Shown in pieces: positions 26,679 through 35,944 of a stretch of DNA of 64,000 nucleotides. How positions within the stretch are numbered: the first letter of the stretch is position 1; every line of letters starts with the position of its first letter. A program made the translations under genes and the position numbers. The notes under the pieces were generated by a model. The model was not told the DNA's origin. It did no database searches and saw only the letters and a list, made by a program, of their open reading frames with translations. The stretch is from an uncultured Methanosarcinales archaeon (GTDB lineage: Archaea; Nanobdellota; Nanobdellia; Woesearchaeales; UBA11576), in assembly GCA_964406185.1 (NCBI GenBank), contig CAYOQS010000001.1:6121-70120 (forward strand), written 5' to 3'.

Positions 26679-27383
26679 TCAACGTTTTGTCTTCTGTCCT
26701 GGCGTCTTCTTTTTCTTTCTCTGTTTCTTTCTCTGTTTCTTTCTCTGTTTCTTTCTCTGTTTCTTTGTCTTTGCAGTCCTCTTTTGCTTTGTGCCTGTAG
26801 CTGTCCTGCGCCGCCTTTTCTTTCGCATAAACAGGTCAGGATACTCCCTCTTCAGTCTCTTGTTGAGTTTTTCGAGGAAAGGGCAGTCAAGCCTCAGCTT
26901 GAGTATGCGCTCGCTATCATCATCGCACTTGTACGCCTTCAGCATGATGTACGTATCGTCGTCGATAGTGCCCTTTATGCACTTGTCTTTCTTGTCATAC
27001 TCCCATCTCGTCTGCTTCTCTGCCGGCTCTATGGAGATTATGACAGATATTCCCGGGCCTGATTCTTTCATGTCCTTGATGTCGTGCCTGCTAAGCTTGC
27101 AGTACGAGTCAGGGTGGGAATGGAACTCACCTATGTACCTGTACCCCTTGAAGAAGTTGATGGTCTGTATGAGCTTCTGTTCTCTTTTCTTGGTGACCTG
27201 CACGCCGTAAGAGTACCTGTATGCAGACTGGTGGGACACTGCGTACTGGATGTAGTAGTCCTTCTTCCTCCTGCGTCCCAGGATGAATCCGTACGTCTCC
27301 TTGTCGTAAACTTCAGCCGCGCTTGCGACCATCATGACTAAGGCTTCTTCGCTGATTATTGCTTTTGGCACGTGTCTGGCCAT
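26679..27383 (-). CDS. JAB/MPN+ (JAMM) metalloprotease-like protein with a poly-(KKQR) tail
   Basis: It has the conserved Glu (KETYGFILG) and an exact JAMM motif HSHPDSYCKLSRHD (HxHx7Sx2D). The C-terminal tail is KKQRKKQRKKQRKKQRKKKK. Confidence 0.8.
   Translation of the reverse strand: MARHVPKAIISEEALVMMVASAAEVYDKETYGFILGRRRKKDYYIQYAVSHQSAYRYSYGVQVTKKREQKLIQTINFFKGYRYIGEFHSHPDSYCKLSRHDIKDMKESGPGISVIISIEPAEKQTRWEYDKKDKCIKGTIDDDTYIMLKAYKCDDDSERILKLRLDCPFLEKLNKRLKREYPDLFMRKKRRRRTATGTKQKRTAKTKKQRKKQRKKQRKKQRKKKKTPGQKTKR
26712..26771. repeat. 12-nt tandem repeat tttctttctctg, 4 perfect copies plus 1 degenerate, inside the JAB gene
   Basis: Read directly at 26712-26759, with a degenerate copy to 26771. 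It is in frame and encodes (KKQR)n on the minus strand. Confidence 0.9.
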
Positions 27384-27386
27384 GGA

Positions 27387-28130
27387 TCATCCTCTTCTGT
27401 TGAATATCTCTCTCGCTTCCTCGAGCTGCTCATGGCTTCCGATATCGTACCAATGCTCTTCGAAGGGATACGCGAAAACATCCCTGACTGTCATGAGGTG
27501 CTTGACGAAATCCCCTGTGTTGTCAGGCATGCCCACTTCCTTTATGTGTTTCTCGAGCTCTTCTATGTCCTGCTTCGTGTACATGTACACGCATGTGGAC
27601 GCGAGGGATGATCGGGGCTTTTCGGGCTTTTCCTCAAAGCTGATTATCTTGTTTCCTTCATCTATCTCTACCGTTCCGAATTTCTTGGCGAGCTTGGCAG
27701 GGTCTCCCAGGTCTCTTGCCGCGTTGACAGGGCCTTTCTTTGCGGTGAACAGGGAGTACATCCCGAGAAGGCTGAAGTCGAAGAGGTTGTCCCCGCCCAC
27801 TATGACTATATCGTCGTCGATGCCCGCGTTCTTTATCACAAAGTGTATGTCACCTACCGCGCCGAGCCGGTCATCGTTGGTCTTGGTGCCGTCGTTGTGT
27901 ATGACGATGTTCTTGTTGCAGGAGAACCCGTTCCTCCATTCGAGGAAGTTGTCGTAGAACTTCTCGTTCGTGACTATATGTATCTCATCTATGGGGTCGA
28001 GATCCTCAAGCTTGTGTATGATGTGCTCGACCATCTTCTTCTTCCCCACCTCGAGCAGTGGCTTCGGGGTGTTCAGGGTCAGAGGGTAAAGCCTTGTTGC
28101 ATACCCTGCCGCAAGTATTATCGCTTTCAT
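27387..28130 (-). CDS. sugar-phosphate nucleotidyltransferase (glucose-1-phosphate thymidylyl/uridylyltransferase-like)
   Basis: MKAIILAAGYATRLYPLTLNTPKPLLEV matches the GxGTRLxPLTxxxPK signature. 247 aa. Confidence 0.8.
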   Translation of the reverse strand: MKAIILAAGYATRLYPLTLNTPKPLLEVGKKKMVEHIIHKLEDLDPIDEIHIVTNEKFYDNFLEWRNGFSCNKNIVIHNDGTKTNDDRLGAVGDIHFVIKNAGIDDDIVIVGGDNLFDFSLLGMYSLFTAKKGPVNAARDLGDPAKLAKKFGTVEIDEGNKIISFEEKPEKPRSSLASTCVYMYTKQDIEELEKHIKEVGMPDNTGDFVKHLMTVRDVFAYPFEEHWYDIGSHEQLEEAREIFNRRG

Positions 28131-29365
28131 CTTCTCACCACCTTCTTCACCTTCTCATACAGGTGTTCGCTGTTCCTGATTATGTCGTCTATGAGCTGTT
28201 CTGCCTTGATGTATCTTCTCTTCACGTATGTGCAGACCCGTCCTTTCTCTATGAATGTCTTGCCGTGCTTATTCCTGAAGTTCTTCACCCTTTCCTTCTC
28301 TCTTAGGGGAGGCCCTATCCATTTTTTTATCGGGACCAGGTCCTTTGGCTCCACTATGTACCAGAATACCGCTTTCCTCTTCTTGTTCCATTTCCACCCT
28401 GCGTCGATGACTTCAAAGTCGTAGAATTTGAGCTGGTTCCTTATCTGCTGGTATGCCTTGAGAAGCTTTGCGCCTACCACATCTTCCTTGCCTGTCGGAG
28501 CTGTCACGTCAAGTATCATCAGCTTGTTCTTGCCTGCCTCTTCTTTGATGTCCTTCTCTGTCTTTTCCGTCACGACAAAGAAGTCTTTAGATGGGCTGGT
28601 CAGGAATTCCTTTGCTGCTTTCCTGAATATCTCTAGCTTTTCATAAGATAGGGCGGCGGCTGCGTTCCTCTCCGGCAGGACAGGATCTATGATTATGATC
28701 GGGCTGTCTGTCTTTGACCTGTTGAGCTTTTTCAGCGCATCCCGCCTGTAGTGCTTTTCCGGGTCGATGACCTGCTTGTCCTTCCACCCTTGTGATGCCC
28801 TCAGGAGCTTCATGAATCCCTTGTGATGTATGACTAGTATGTCGAGCACGTGCCCTGAGAATCCCTTGATGTAGGATTCTGCCCCGTAGACGTGCGCGGC
28901 CTTGCAGAATTGTTTGGCAAGCCTTATGTCGTCGTTGAACCCGGGGTGCTTCTTGACCCATTTTACATGGAAAGGGCTCATGTCGGTTACGTTCACGGCT
29001 TCTTCCGGCCGCTTGATGTCGAGGACAGGGACTATTTCGTAGTTTATCCTGTTCCTGATCATGTAGTAGTCCCTGCTGCCGTGGACCTTTTCAGGCCTGA
29101 ACAGCCTGAGAGCTTTTGCGAGGAGCGACGAGATGTCTTTGTCCTTGTAGGTCTTGCTGAACTTGACGAACATATCGCAGTCGTGGTCGCCTTTTAGGTA
29201 TGTGTCTTTCGCTATGGATCCGCCCAGCACTGCTTTTGCCTTGAGCCCTTTCTTCTTTATTTCAGAATTCAGTTTATGCTGGAAATCCTTGACTTCCTTG
29301 AGAAGAGTCTTGTCTGTGGGCTTTATCTCTTTTATCACGTCGTCCAGTATGTTCTTGGCGCTCAT
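28127..29365 (-). CDS. cca: CCA-adding tRNA nucleotidyltransferase, archaeal class I
   Basis: 412 aa. LGGSIAKDTYLKGDHDCDMFVKF matches the class I GSxxxGTxLxGxxDIDxF motif, and the length is typical. It overlaps the downstream gene by 4 nt. Confidence 0.8.
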   Translation of the reverse strand: MSAKNILDDVIKEIKPTDKTLLKEVKDFQHKLNSEIKKKGLKAKAVLGGSIAKDTYLKGDHDCDMFVKFSKTYKDKDISSLLAKALRLFRPEKVHGSRDYYMIRNRINYEIVPVLDIKRPEEAVNVTDMSPFHVKWVKKHPGFNDDIRLAKQFCKAAHVYGAESYIKGFSGHVLDILVIHHKGFMKLLRASQGWKDKQVIDPEKHYRRDALKKLNRSKTDSPIIIIDPVLPERNAAAALSYEKLEIFRKAAKEFLTSPSKDFFVVTEKTEKDIKEEAGKNKLMILDVTAPTGKEDVVGAKLLKAYQQIRNQLKFYDFEVIDAGWKWNKKRKAVFWYIVEPKDLVPIKKWIGPPLREKERVKNFRNKHGKTFIEKGRVCTYVKRRYIKAEQLIDDIIRNSEHLYEKVKKVVRR

Positions 29366-29430
29366 ACTGCCGACTGTGAGATATTCTTTTTATAAAGGTT
29401 ATGCTTGTTTTTTGTGCATCTGTGCGAATT

Positions 29431-30156
29431 TTAAGCGCCTGCCGGCGCACCAGCATAATCTGTATCTGTCAGGTATCTTGCTGGTGGCCTTCCTTTGTCA
29501 GCAGGTCTTTCATTTACGATGCCCTTTTCGGCCTCCTGTTTCTCTCTCGTCGGGGGAAGCCTTTCGGCTGCTTCCCAGCGCATCTGTCTTCCTGCGCTGT
29601 TGTACAGCCTGTCGCCACAGTAGTAGAGGTTTATCTGCCCTTTTGTTTCGCCCGGATGGTTTTCGCCCAATGTAAGGATTGCGACTGAGTCGCCTATCAG
29701 TTCTGATGAGCATAGTGCGCTTATGGTCCTTCCGCCAGGCCCGTCCTCTTCCTGTGTGAAGTCCATGAACTCCGATATGTCGCAGTCGATGCCGTGCCTT
29801 TCCTGGTATGCGACGTCGTCTGCCGGCAGGTAAACTCCTGCTCCGACGATGCGCCCGTCGGAATTGACTATGGTTGCGAGGTCGCGTTCGCGCTTGGAAG
29901 CTACCACGTCTGCGATGTCCTCTTCGTGTATGTTGTGCGTCCTTCCGTTGTATGGCTTGGCGTTCCTGAGGTGCTTGTCAAGCCGGGATAGCTCTTCATC
30001 GCGTCTTATGACGAAAGTTATGCCATGACCGTCTGTCCTGTCGCGTACATTCGTGAGGATGTCATACACCCTGCATATGTTGTTGTAAAAATTGCTTCCC
30101 TCTGTGACATATCCTGTGAGGGCCTGTCTGAATCCGTTTACCTCGGTATTTGTCAT
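29431..30156 (-). CDS. hypothetical protein; only weak resemblance to the DisA_N (diadenylate cyclase) fold, with catalytic motifs not conserved
   Basis: I chose ATG 30156, with AGGTG 6 nt upstream; the track start at 30165 is GTG. The segments HGITFVI, NSDGRIVGAGVYLP and GGRTISALCSSELIGDSVAILTLGE loosely parallel GALIVI / DGAVII..AgcyLP / GTRHRAAlGiSE..vvVSEE. The DGA and RHR motifs are absent. Confidence 0.45.
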   Translation of the reverse strand: MTNTEVNGFRQALTGYVTEGSNFYNNICRVYDILTNVRDRTDGHGITFVIRRDEELSRLDKHLRNAKPYNGRTHNIHEEDIADVVASKRERDLATIVNSDGRIVGAGVYLPADDVAYQERHGIDCDISEFMDFTQEEDGPGGRTISALCSSELIGDSVAILTLGENHPGETKGQINLYYCGDRLYNSAGRQMRWEAAERLPPTREKQEAEKGIVNERPADKGRPPARYLTDTDYAGAPAGA

Positions 30157-30594
30157 CTCTGGCACCTGCTTATTTGTTGATATTTAAGTCTCTGAATCGC
30201 ATTTAAACGATTATTTTGACTTTTCGAAAGACATAAAAGGTATAAAAGAGCTCAGATAATTTTTAAAGAACCTAAAATGGCCTCTTTTTTATTTTAAATC
30301 TTCCAATAATTATTATATTAGTCCTAATATTTAAAATTTACCTTTCAATATTACGAGAAATCGCAAAAACCTGATTTTAAGCCATTTTGAAGGACAAAAA
30401 CAACGTTTGATCTCAGAATGACAAAATTAATAAGAGACCAGGCAATCACAAAAAACCATAGCAGGGAGCTTCTGGAGAGTATTTAAACCACGTATCCGGG
30501 CGATAGTCCATTTTGGCCTGGACGCGAAATAAACGAAAGCTTTAAATATAACTTCGATTTTGTTACTACTAATCTGAGGTAAATTAACTTTAAA

Positions 30595-32229
30595 ATGGCA
30601 TCTGCTGACAAGGTAAAAAGGCTGATAGCGAAGATAAGGTCCCAGTCCACAAGACTGCAGGTCCTGAACGAGCTGATAGAGATAGAGACCTCGACCAAGG
30701 ATGTCTACCAGATGCTCAAGGAGATGCTCCTTCTGACCGTCAAGGCGATAGGTGTAGAGCATGGTTTCATAATCCTATACAGGAAGGACTCGCAGAACCC
30801 TTTTGAGTACGGTGCGACCAACACTTCTGATCAGTTCGAGGACAAGACCCTTGTCAGGGACATCTGCAACAACATAATCAAGACGCACAAGCCGGTCATC
30901 ATAAATGATACGCGCATGCATAGGCGCCTCAGGCGGTGCAAGATCAAGAACATGCTTGCCCTTCCGCTCATGTCAGGCAAGATACCTGTTGGCTTGTTCC
31001 TGGTGATGAACAAGAACAAGCATCTTTTCAAGAAACGCGACCTCATACTTTTCAGGATGATATGCAAGTTCGTAGCTGGTGCTGTCGAGCACGCGAAGGA
31101 CACGCAGGACCTTGAGGAAAAGGACAAGGAGCTTGCCACTATCTATGCCATCGATAGGATAAGGGATACTATCAAGGATTTCAACACGATGATGGAAGCC
31201 GTGCTCCAGGAGCTGACGCAGGTAATCGACGCTAAGCTCGCTTTCTTCCTTTTGTACAACAAGAAGACCAACAAGACAGAGCTGAAGATCTCAGGCCAGC
31301 TCAAGTCGTCCAGCTTCGTGCATAACAATGCCAATTATATATATGAGATATCAAGATCTACGCTGAACAACGGCGAGCTCATCGAGTTCAATGATGTCAG
31401 CAAGGAGATAAAGTCCGCGATATGCACACCCATAGTCGTGAGTGATGATACGATGGGTGTCTTCGGCGTGATAAACGCTAACTCCCCGGGCGGGTTCACC
31501 AGGGTGGACAAGAAACTGCTCAACGCGATCGCGAAGCAGTCCGACTCGGCTGTGTTCGAGGATCTTGAGAAGAACGAGATCAAGCAGGCGTTCGGGCGTT
31601 ATGTGAGCCCTGATGTCATCGAGGAGATCCTTTCCGATCCTGAGAAGAACTATATGAAGACAGACAAACGCGAGATCACTGTGCTGTTCTCTGACATAAG
31701 GGGCTTCACGTCCATGTCTGAGAACCTGAAGCCTGAGCAGGTGGTAGAGATGCTGAACGAGCATTTCGAGGTTATGTCTGAGATCATCATGAGGAACCGC
31801 GGGACTCTCGACAAGTTCGTCGGGGATGAGATTATGGCTCTTTTCGGCGCCCCGGTATACAGCGAGTCCCATGCGCTGAAGGCGATCAAGACCGCGCTTG
31901 AGATGCAGAAGGCGCAGACAGAGCTTTCCAGGAAGTGGAAGAAGAAGTTCGGCAGGGATGTTGACATAGGCATCGGAATCAATACGGGCGAGATGATCGT
32001 CGGGAACATAGGCTGCAAGCAGATGATGGACTACACTGTCATCGGCGACAGCGTCAACACAGCGGCAAGGCTCTGCGGCGCTGCCAAGGCAGGGCAGATA
32101 CTGATAACTGAGAACACCAAGGCCGAGGTGAAGAAGCTCGTCAAGACGAGCGAGATTGAGCCGATCAAGGCGAAGGGCAAGTCCAAGCCGCTGTCAGTCT
32201 ACAGCGTGACAGGATTGGTCAAGCAGTAA
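30595..32229 (+). CDS. class III adenylate/guanylate cyclase with two N-terminal GAF-like domains
   Basis: 544 aa. The cyclase core has ITVLFSDIRGFTSMSE, KFVGDEIMALFGAP, GINTGEMIVGNIG and YTVIGDSVNTAARL. The Lys before FVGD suggests ATP specificity. The N-terminal roughly 330 aa have two GAF-like repeats. Confidence 0.85.
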   Translation: MASADKVKRLIAKIRSQSTRLQVLNELIEIETSTKDVYQMLKEMLLLTVKAIGVEHGFIILYRKDSQNPFEYGATNTSDQFEDKTLVRDICNNIIKTHKPVIINDTRMHRRLRRCKIKNMLALPLMSGKIPVGLFLVMNKNKHLFKKRDLILFRMICKFVAGAVEHAKDTQDLEEKDKELATIYAIDRIRDTIKDFNTMMEAVLQELTQVIDAKLAFFLLYNKKTNKTELKISGQLKSSSFVHNNANYIYEISRSTLNNGELIEFNDVSKEIKSAICTPIVVSDDTMGVFGVINANSPGGFTRVDKKLLNAIAKQSDSAVFEDLEKNEIKQAFGRYVSPDVIEEILSDPEKNYMKTDKREITVLFSDIRGFTSMSENLKPEQVVEMLNEHFEVMSEIIMRNRGTLDKFVGDEIMALFGAPVYSESHALKAIKTALEMQKAQTELSRKWKKKFGRDVDIGIGINTGEMIVGNIGCKQMMDYTVIGDSVNTAARLCGAAKAGQILITENTKAEVKKLVKTSEIEPIKAKGKSKPLSVYSVTGLVKQ

Positions 32230-32252
32230 TACATTCTTTTTTATTGTGCAGT

Positions 32253-32648
32253 CTAGAGCACTATTACCAGCACTATGCCTGCTATGAACATGAGATGTCC
32301 CAGCGCTAGCACGCCGTATGAGATCTGTTCATCCTGGGGTAGTCTGTTCCACCACGCAGGAGCTCCCTTTAGAACAGGCCCCATGTTCTTGAAGAAGTAT
32401 GGCAGTTTCTTGGTGAAGAAGTCCTGGAAGAACATCTGCACAGCTTTCATGTAGAGCTTTATGTCGAATGCTTTCTTCTGGCCTGGTGTTGAGGGAGCTT
32501 TTGGTGTCTCCCCTTTCTTGGGCGCTCCTGATTCCCCGCCCTGAGCTGCCTGAGTCCCCTGCTTGCCTGCCTGCGGAGCAGACGGTTTCTTCAGGAAAAG
32601 TCCTTTGACCTTGTTGATTATGTCCTGGAATCCTGGCATGATATACAC
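32253..32648 (-). CDS. hypothetical tail-anchored membrane protein with a P/G/A/Q-rich segment
   Basis: 131 aa with PSAPQAGKQGTQAAQGGESGAPKKGETPKAPSTPGQ and the C-terminal TM helix VLALGHLMFIAGIVLVIVL. Confidence 0.5.
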   Translation of the reverse strand: MYIMPGFQDIINKVKGLFLKKPSAPQAGKQGTQAAQGGESGAPKKGETPKAPSTPGQKKAFDIKLYMKAVQMFFQDFFTKKLPYFFKNMGPVLKGAPAWWNRLPQDEQISYGVLALGHLMFIAGIVLVIVL

Positions 32649-32751
32649 CTTTTTTTACTGACGGGGTATGCCTTCACCGCATACTGGAAAACACATGGGA
32701 AAGGATATTGACTGCGGCGATCTGATGGCAAATCTATGGGCTGGACGGAAG

Positions 32752-35088
32752 TCAATAGCTCAACCCATAGGGATTGAACTCTGTTTTGCCTTTATTAACT
32801 TTTCTTTTCTTAAGTTCTCTCTCAAGCCAGTTGAGCCATCTGCGTTTTATTTCTGCAGGGTCTAGCTTGCCTTTGGATGATTTCACTTCCTCTGATATTA
32901 TGTGGAACCTGTCGTTGCTCTTTATGACGAAAGGTGCTTCGAGGATGTCCATGTCGTCGAGCTCTTCGGCTTTCTTGACTAGCTCCTCCTTGAGCTGTCC
33001 GCGGAGCTCTATGTTCTCCCATAAGGCGTCCCAGTCGCCTGCGAAGTCAGGGACATTGGCGGCTATCGCCTTGAGTATCTCTGAGTCGCCGTCGAGCAGT
33101 TCGTCTGTGGGTGCGAGATCGTCTGTCTTGGAGTCGTATTTCATGAGGTCGACGAAACCATGCTCGAGCATGGGGTCTTCCTGCCAGGTCTTTCTGACCT
33201 CTGTTATCTGCGTCACCCTCCTGAACCTGTGCAGGCCATCCGCTGACTTTATGGGTGTCGCGACTATGATTATGTCTGTCGCCTTGAAGCTTGTCTTGGG
33301 TATCCCTATGTCGTTGACCACCCTGTCGAAGAGCCCGAACGGTGAGTCTGCGTGTATCGTGCCTGCCACCACATTGGCTGCCGCGCCGACCCTCATCGCT
33401 TCGTATAGCGCTACTGCCTCCTTGCTCCTGACCTCTCCCACGATGAGTGCGCTGTCTCCCAGCCGCAGAGTGCTGCGTATGCCGTCTGCTGCGTTCATCT
33501 CGCTGCTGCCTTTGGCGAGAGCCGACGCCACTTTCATCGGCTGGACATTGAACCCTAGACGCCTCATAGCTGCGGTGGGCAGCTCGAGCGTGTCCTCGAC
33601 AGTGATTATCCTGTACCTTCTCATTATCTCTATGAGGAGTGATGAGAGGAAGCTTGATTTTCCGCTTGACCTTGTCCCGCAGACCATGGTGCTTCTTGTC
33701 CCGTCGACAAGGAAGCTCAGCAGGCCTGCAGCCAATGGGTTGATCATCTTGTATTTTATGAAGAGCGGCAGGGTCCATGGCTTGTCCCTGTGCCTCCTGA
33801 ACGAGAACGCGAGCCCATCCGGATCCAGCGGCCTGGTTATTGTGGACACCCTTACCGAGGCTCCGGGCAGTTCCAGCTCTGTGTCGAGTATCATGTTGGC
33901 CTCGTCGAGGGGCCTTCCTGATATCATCCTGAGCTTGGTGGCCCAGCTTTCAGCCTCTGTGACGGTTGGTATGATATTGGTGACGCAGTCTGCGTAGTCT
34001 CCGTGCACTATGAATATCGGTAGCCTTCCCTGTGGGCTGTTGACCGATATGTCCTGTATTTTCTCATCCTGGAGCAGCACTTCTACGAGGCCGAAACCTA
34101 TTGTGTACCTTACGAGTATCTTGGCGAGGTCGTCCATCTCTTCTTCTGAGACTTTCATGTTCTTGTAGGCGACGAGCTCTGCGATCAGGTCCCTTCCGAC
34201 GTTGACGAACACCTCCCTCATCCTTTCGGGATCAGTGAATTCCTGTTTTGTGGGCTTGTGTTCTGCGAGTATGTTCCTTGCCAGGTCTAGAATCTCGTAC
34301 TTCTCCTCGGAAAGCTTGAATTCTGGAGGGGTCATGTGGTATATGTACTGGACAGAGTCGGGAAGTTTGAAGACAGTTATCTCTGTTTCCTCCCCTATCG
34401 TATAGCTGTCCATCTCCTCTCCTTCAGGCGGGTAGTTGGCCATGAGCTTTGTCCACATGAAGTCAGGCTTTATCATTGGGTGGAAGAAGTTGCGGTATAT
34501 GTCCCTCTCACCGACCTTGTATCCTGCGAGAAAGGGCTTTGCTATCGTTACAAGCCGGGTCTTCTCCATAAGGTCTAGCAGGTATGCGAGCACCTTTGTG
34601 TAGTTCTCTATGCCAGGCTTTAGCTTATCGTCCACGACCTTTAGGTAGTTGACCCTCTCTTCTCTCAGCGTGCGCTTGAGCTGGACGTACATGCCTATAG
34701 GGTCTGACCTGAGCTGCTGGAAGATCATGTTCTGCAGTTCTGTGAACCATTTGTTGGCGAACTGCTTTGATGCCTGGTCTATCTGCAACGCGTTTAGTGA
34801 GAATAGGTCTTTCTGTCTTGTGAGCTTATCGTAGAGGAGGGCTATCTCCTTGAGAAGGGCTGTCTGGTTGTAGTCGTATTCATACTCCCTTTTCTGTATA
34901 AATATTATCTTGGTAACGTTCTTGGACTCTATCAGGTTGTCGCACGTCCTTGCCATGACCCGTGGATTGTCCTCTATCGATGGGACCATAGGTGCGCCTT
35001 CGTAATTGACGCGCATGACATTATCCTCTCCCTCTCTCGTCACTTCATATCCGTATATGGGGAGTTTCGCCCCTCCGAAGAGTGCCAT
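32752..35088 (-). CDS. type II/IV secretion / type IV pilus family ATPase (FlaI/VirB11/GspE-like), long form
   Basis: 778 aa with Walker A VCGTRSSGKSSFL and Walker B-like ITVEDTLEL, then GDSALIVGEVRSKEA and AGTIHA. The large N-terminal extension is typical of archaeal members. Confidence 0.85.
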   Translation of the reverse strand: MALFGGAKLPIYGYEVTREGEDNVMRVNYEGAPMVPSIEDNPRVMARTCDNLIESKNVTKIIFIQKREYEYDYNQTALLKEIALLYDKLTRQKDLFSLNALQIDQASKQFANKWFTELQNMIFQQLRSDPIGMYVQLKRTLREERVNYLKVVDDKLKPGIENYTKVLAYLLDLMEKTRLVTIAKPFLAGYKVGERDIYRNFFHPMIKPDFMWTKLMANYPPEGEEMDSYTIGEETEITVFKLPDSVQYIYHMTPPEFKLSEEKYEILDLARNILAEHKPTKQEFTDPERMREVFVNVGRDLIAELVAYKNMKVSEEEMDDLAKILVRYTIGFGLVEVLLQDEKIQDISVNSPQGRLPIFIVHGDYADCVTNIIPTVTEAESWATKLRMISGRPLDEANMILDTELELPGASVRVSTITRPLDPDGLAFSFRRHRDKPWTLPLFIKYKMINPLAAGLLSFLVDGTRSTMVCGTRSSGKSSFLSSLLIEIMRRYRIITVEDTLELPTAAMRRLGFNVQPMKVASALAKGSSEMNAADGIRSTLRLGDSALIVGEVRSKEAVALYEAMRVGAAANVVAGTIHADSPFGLFDRVVNDIGIPKTSFKATDIIIVATPIKSADGLHRFRRVTQITEVRKTWQEDPMLEHGFVDLMKYDSKTDDLAPTDELLDGDSEILKAIAANVPDFAGDWDALWENIELRGQLKEELVKKAEELDDMDILEAPFVIKSNDRFHIISEEVKSSKGKLDPAEIKRRWLNWLERELKKRKVNKGKTEFNPYGLSY

Positions 35089-35311
35089 CCATTCACCTTT
35101 TTGTTTTCTTTTTTCTGTTCGTGCTGCACCTGTGGTCCTTACGGCAGGAGCACGATTATTTAATCACATTTATATACCACTATCACATGCTAACATAAAC
35201 TTTAATACCTCAGTATCGACATTGATTGTTAAATCTTTTTATAGATTGTGATGGATTATTAAACCTTGATATTCGAGGTTTAAAAAAGGATTGGAAAAAG
35301 AGTTGTTTGTA

Positions 35312-35911
35312 ATGGCTGATCAACCTGCTGCACCGCCTGGAATGCCTCCGCAGGGAGGCGCTTCTCCTGGAGCAGGTGGTGCTCCATCACCCGGCGGCAG
35401 TCCTCCACCTCCGAAGAAGAAAGGAGGGCTTTTCGCCCCGAAGCCGAAGGAAGGTGCGGACCTTACAAAATCTGTCTCTGAACTGGCAGGGGAGCTGAAC
35501 AACATCAGCAGGAGGCTGATGGTCCTTGAGGAACGTTACACCAACCTCCGGAAGAAGACGCAGGTTACTGACCAGAACATGCTCAGCAGCAACAAGAAGG
35601 TGATGGCTGAGATCCAGACTGTCCATGAGCAGATGGATGAGCGTAAGAAGGAGATCGATGACATCAATGATAAGATGAGGATCATCGTTCGCGAGCTCAA
35701 GGAGTGCGCAAAGAGACAGGACGTGGAGGTCCTGCAGAAGTACATCAATATCTGGGAGCCTGTGAATTTCGTGACGCGTGATACTGTCGTGAAGATGGTG
35801 GCTGACCAGGTGGAGTCACAGTTCAAGGACCTTAACATCCGCCTTCAGCAGGAGGATTATATCAAGGAGCAGATCCGGCTCGCTTTGCAGGACATGAAGC
35901 TCGAGAAGTGA
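35312..35911 (+). CDS. hypothetical coiled-coil protein with a P/G/A-rich N-terminus
   Basis: ATG at 35312 (MADQPAAPPGMPPQGGASPGAGGAPSPGGSPPPPKKK); the track start is TTG. The remaining 130 aa or so have heptad-like E/K/L composition. Confidence 0.55.
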   Translation: MADQPAAPPGMPPQGGASPGAGGAPSPGGSPPPPKKKGGLFAPKPKEGADLTKSVSELAGELNNISRRLMVLEERYTNLRKKTQVTDQNMLSSNKKVMAEIQTVHEQMDERKKEIDDINDKMRIIVRELKECAKRQDVEVLQKYINIWEPVNFVTRDTVVKMVADQVESQFKDLNIRLQQEDYIKEQIRLALQDMKLEK

Positions 35912-35944
35912 ATCGGTGTCATATCGGCACTGCCCGCGTCTATC

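Noticed and set aside
26712-26771. Whether the short tandem repeats here and at 57469-57612 and 13859-13913 are CRISPR arrays.
   Set aside because: The repeats are contiguous with no spacers and have periods of 12, 66 and 11 nt. Two of the three are in frame inside genes, and no cas genes are present.
29431-30156. A diadenylate cyclase (DisA_N/DAC) assignment for this protein.
   Set aside because: Only a loose pattern similarity is visible. The catalytic DGA and RHR motifs are not conserved (RDLAT and GGRTIS instead), so I keep it as hypothetical pending a profile search.
30166-30594. A 430-nt strongly AT-rich, ORF-free region between divergent genes, with three copies of AAAATGG(C/A) at 30274 (+), 30381 (-) and 30508 (-). 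I considered it as a replication origin.
   Set aside because: No Orc1/Cdc6 gene is adjacent and there are no long ORB-like repeats. A 7-8-mer occurring three times in AT-rich DNA is not significant. It is most simply two divergent promoters plus 5' leaders.
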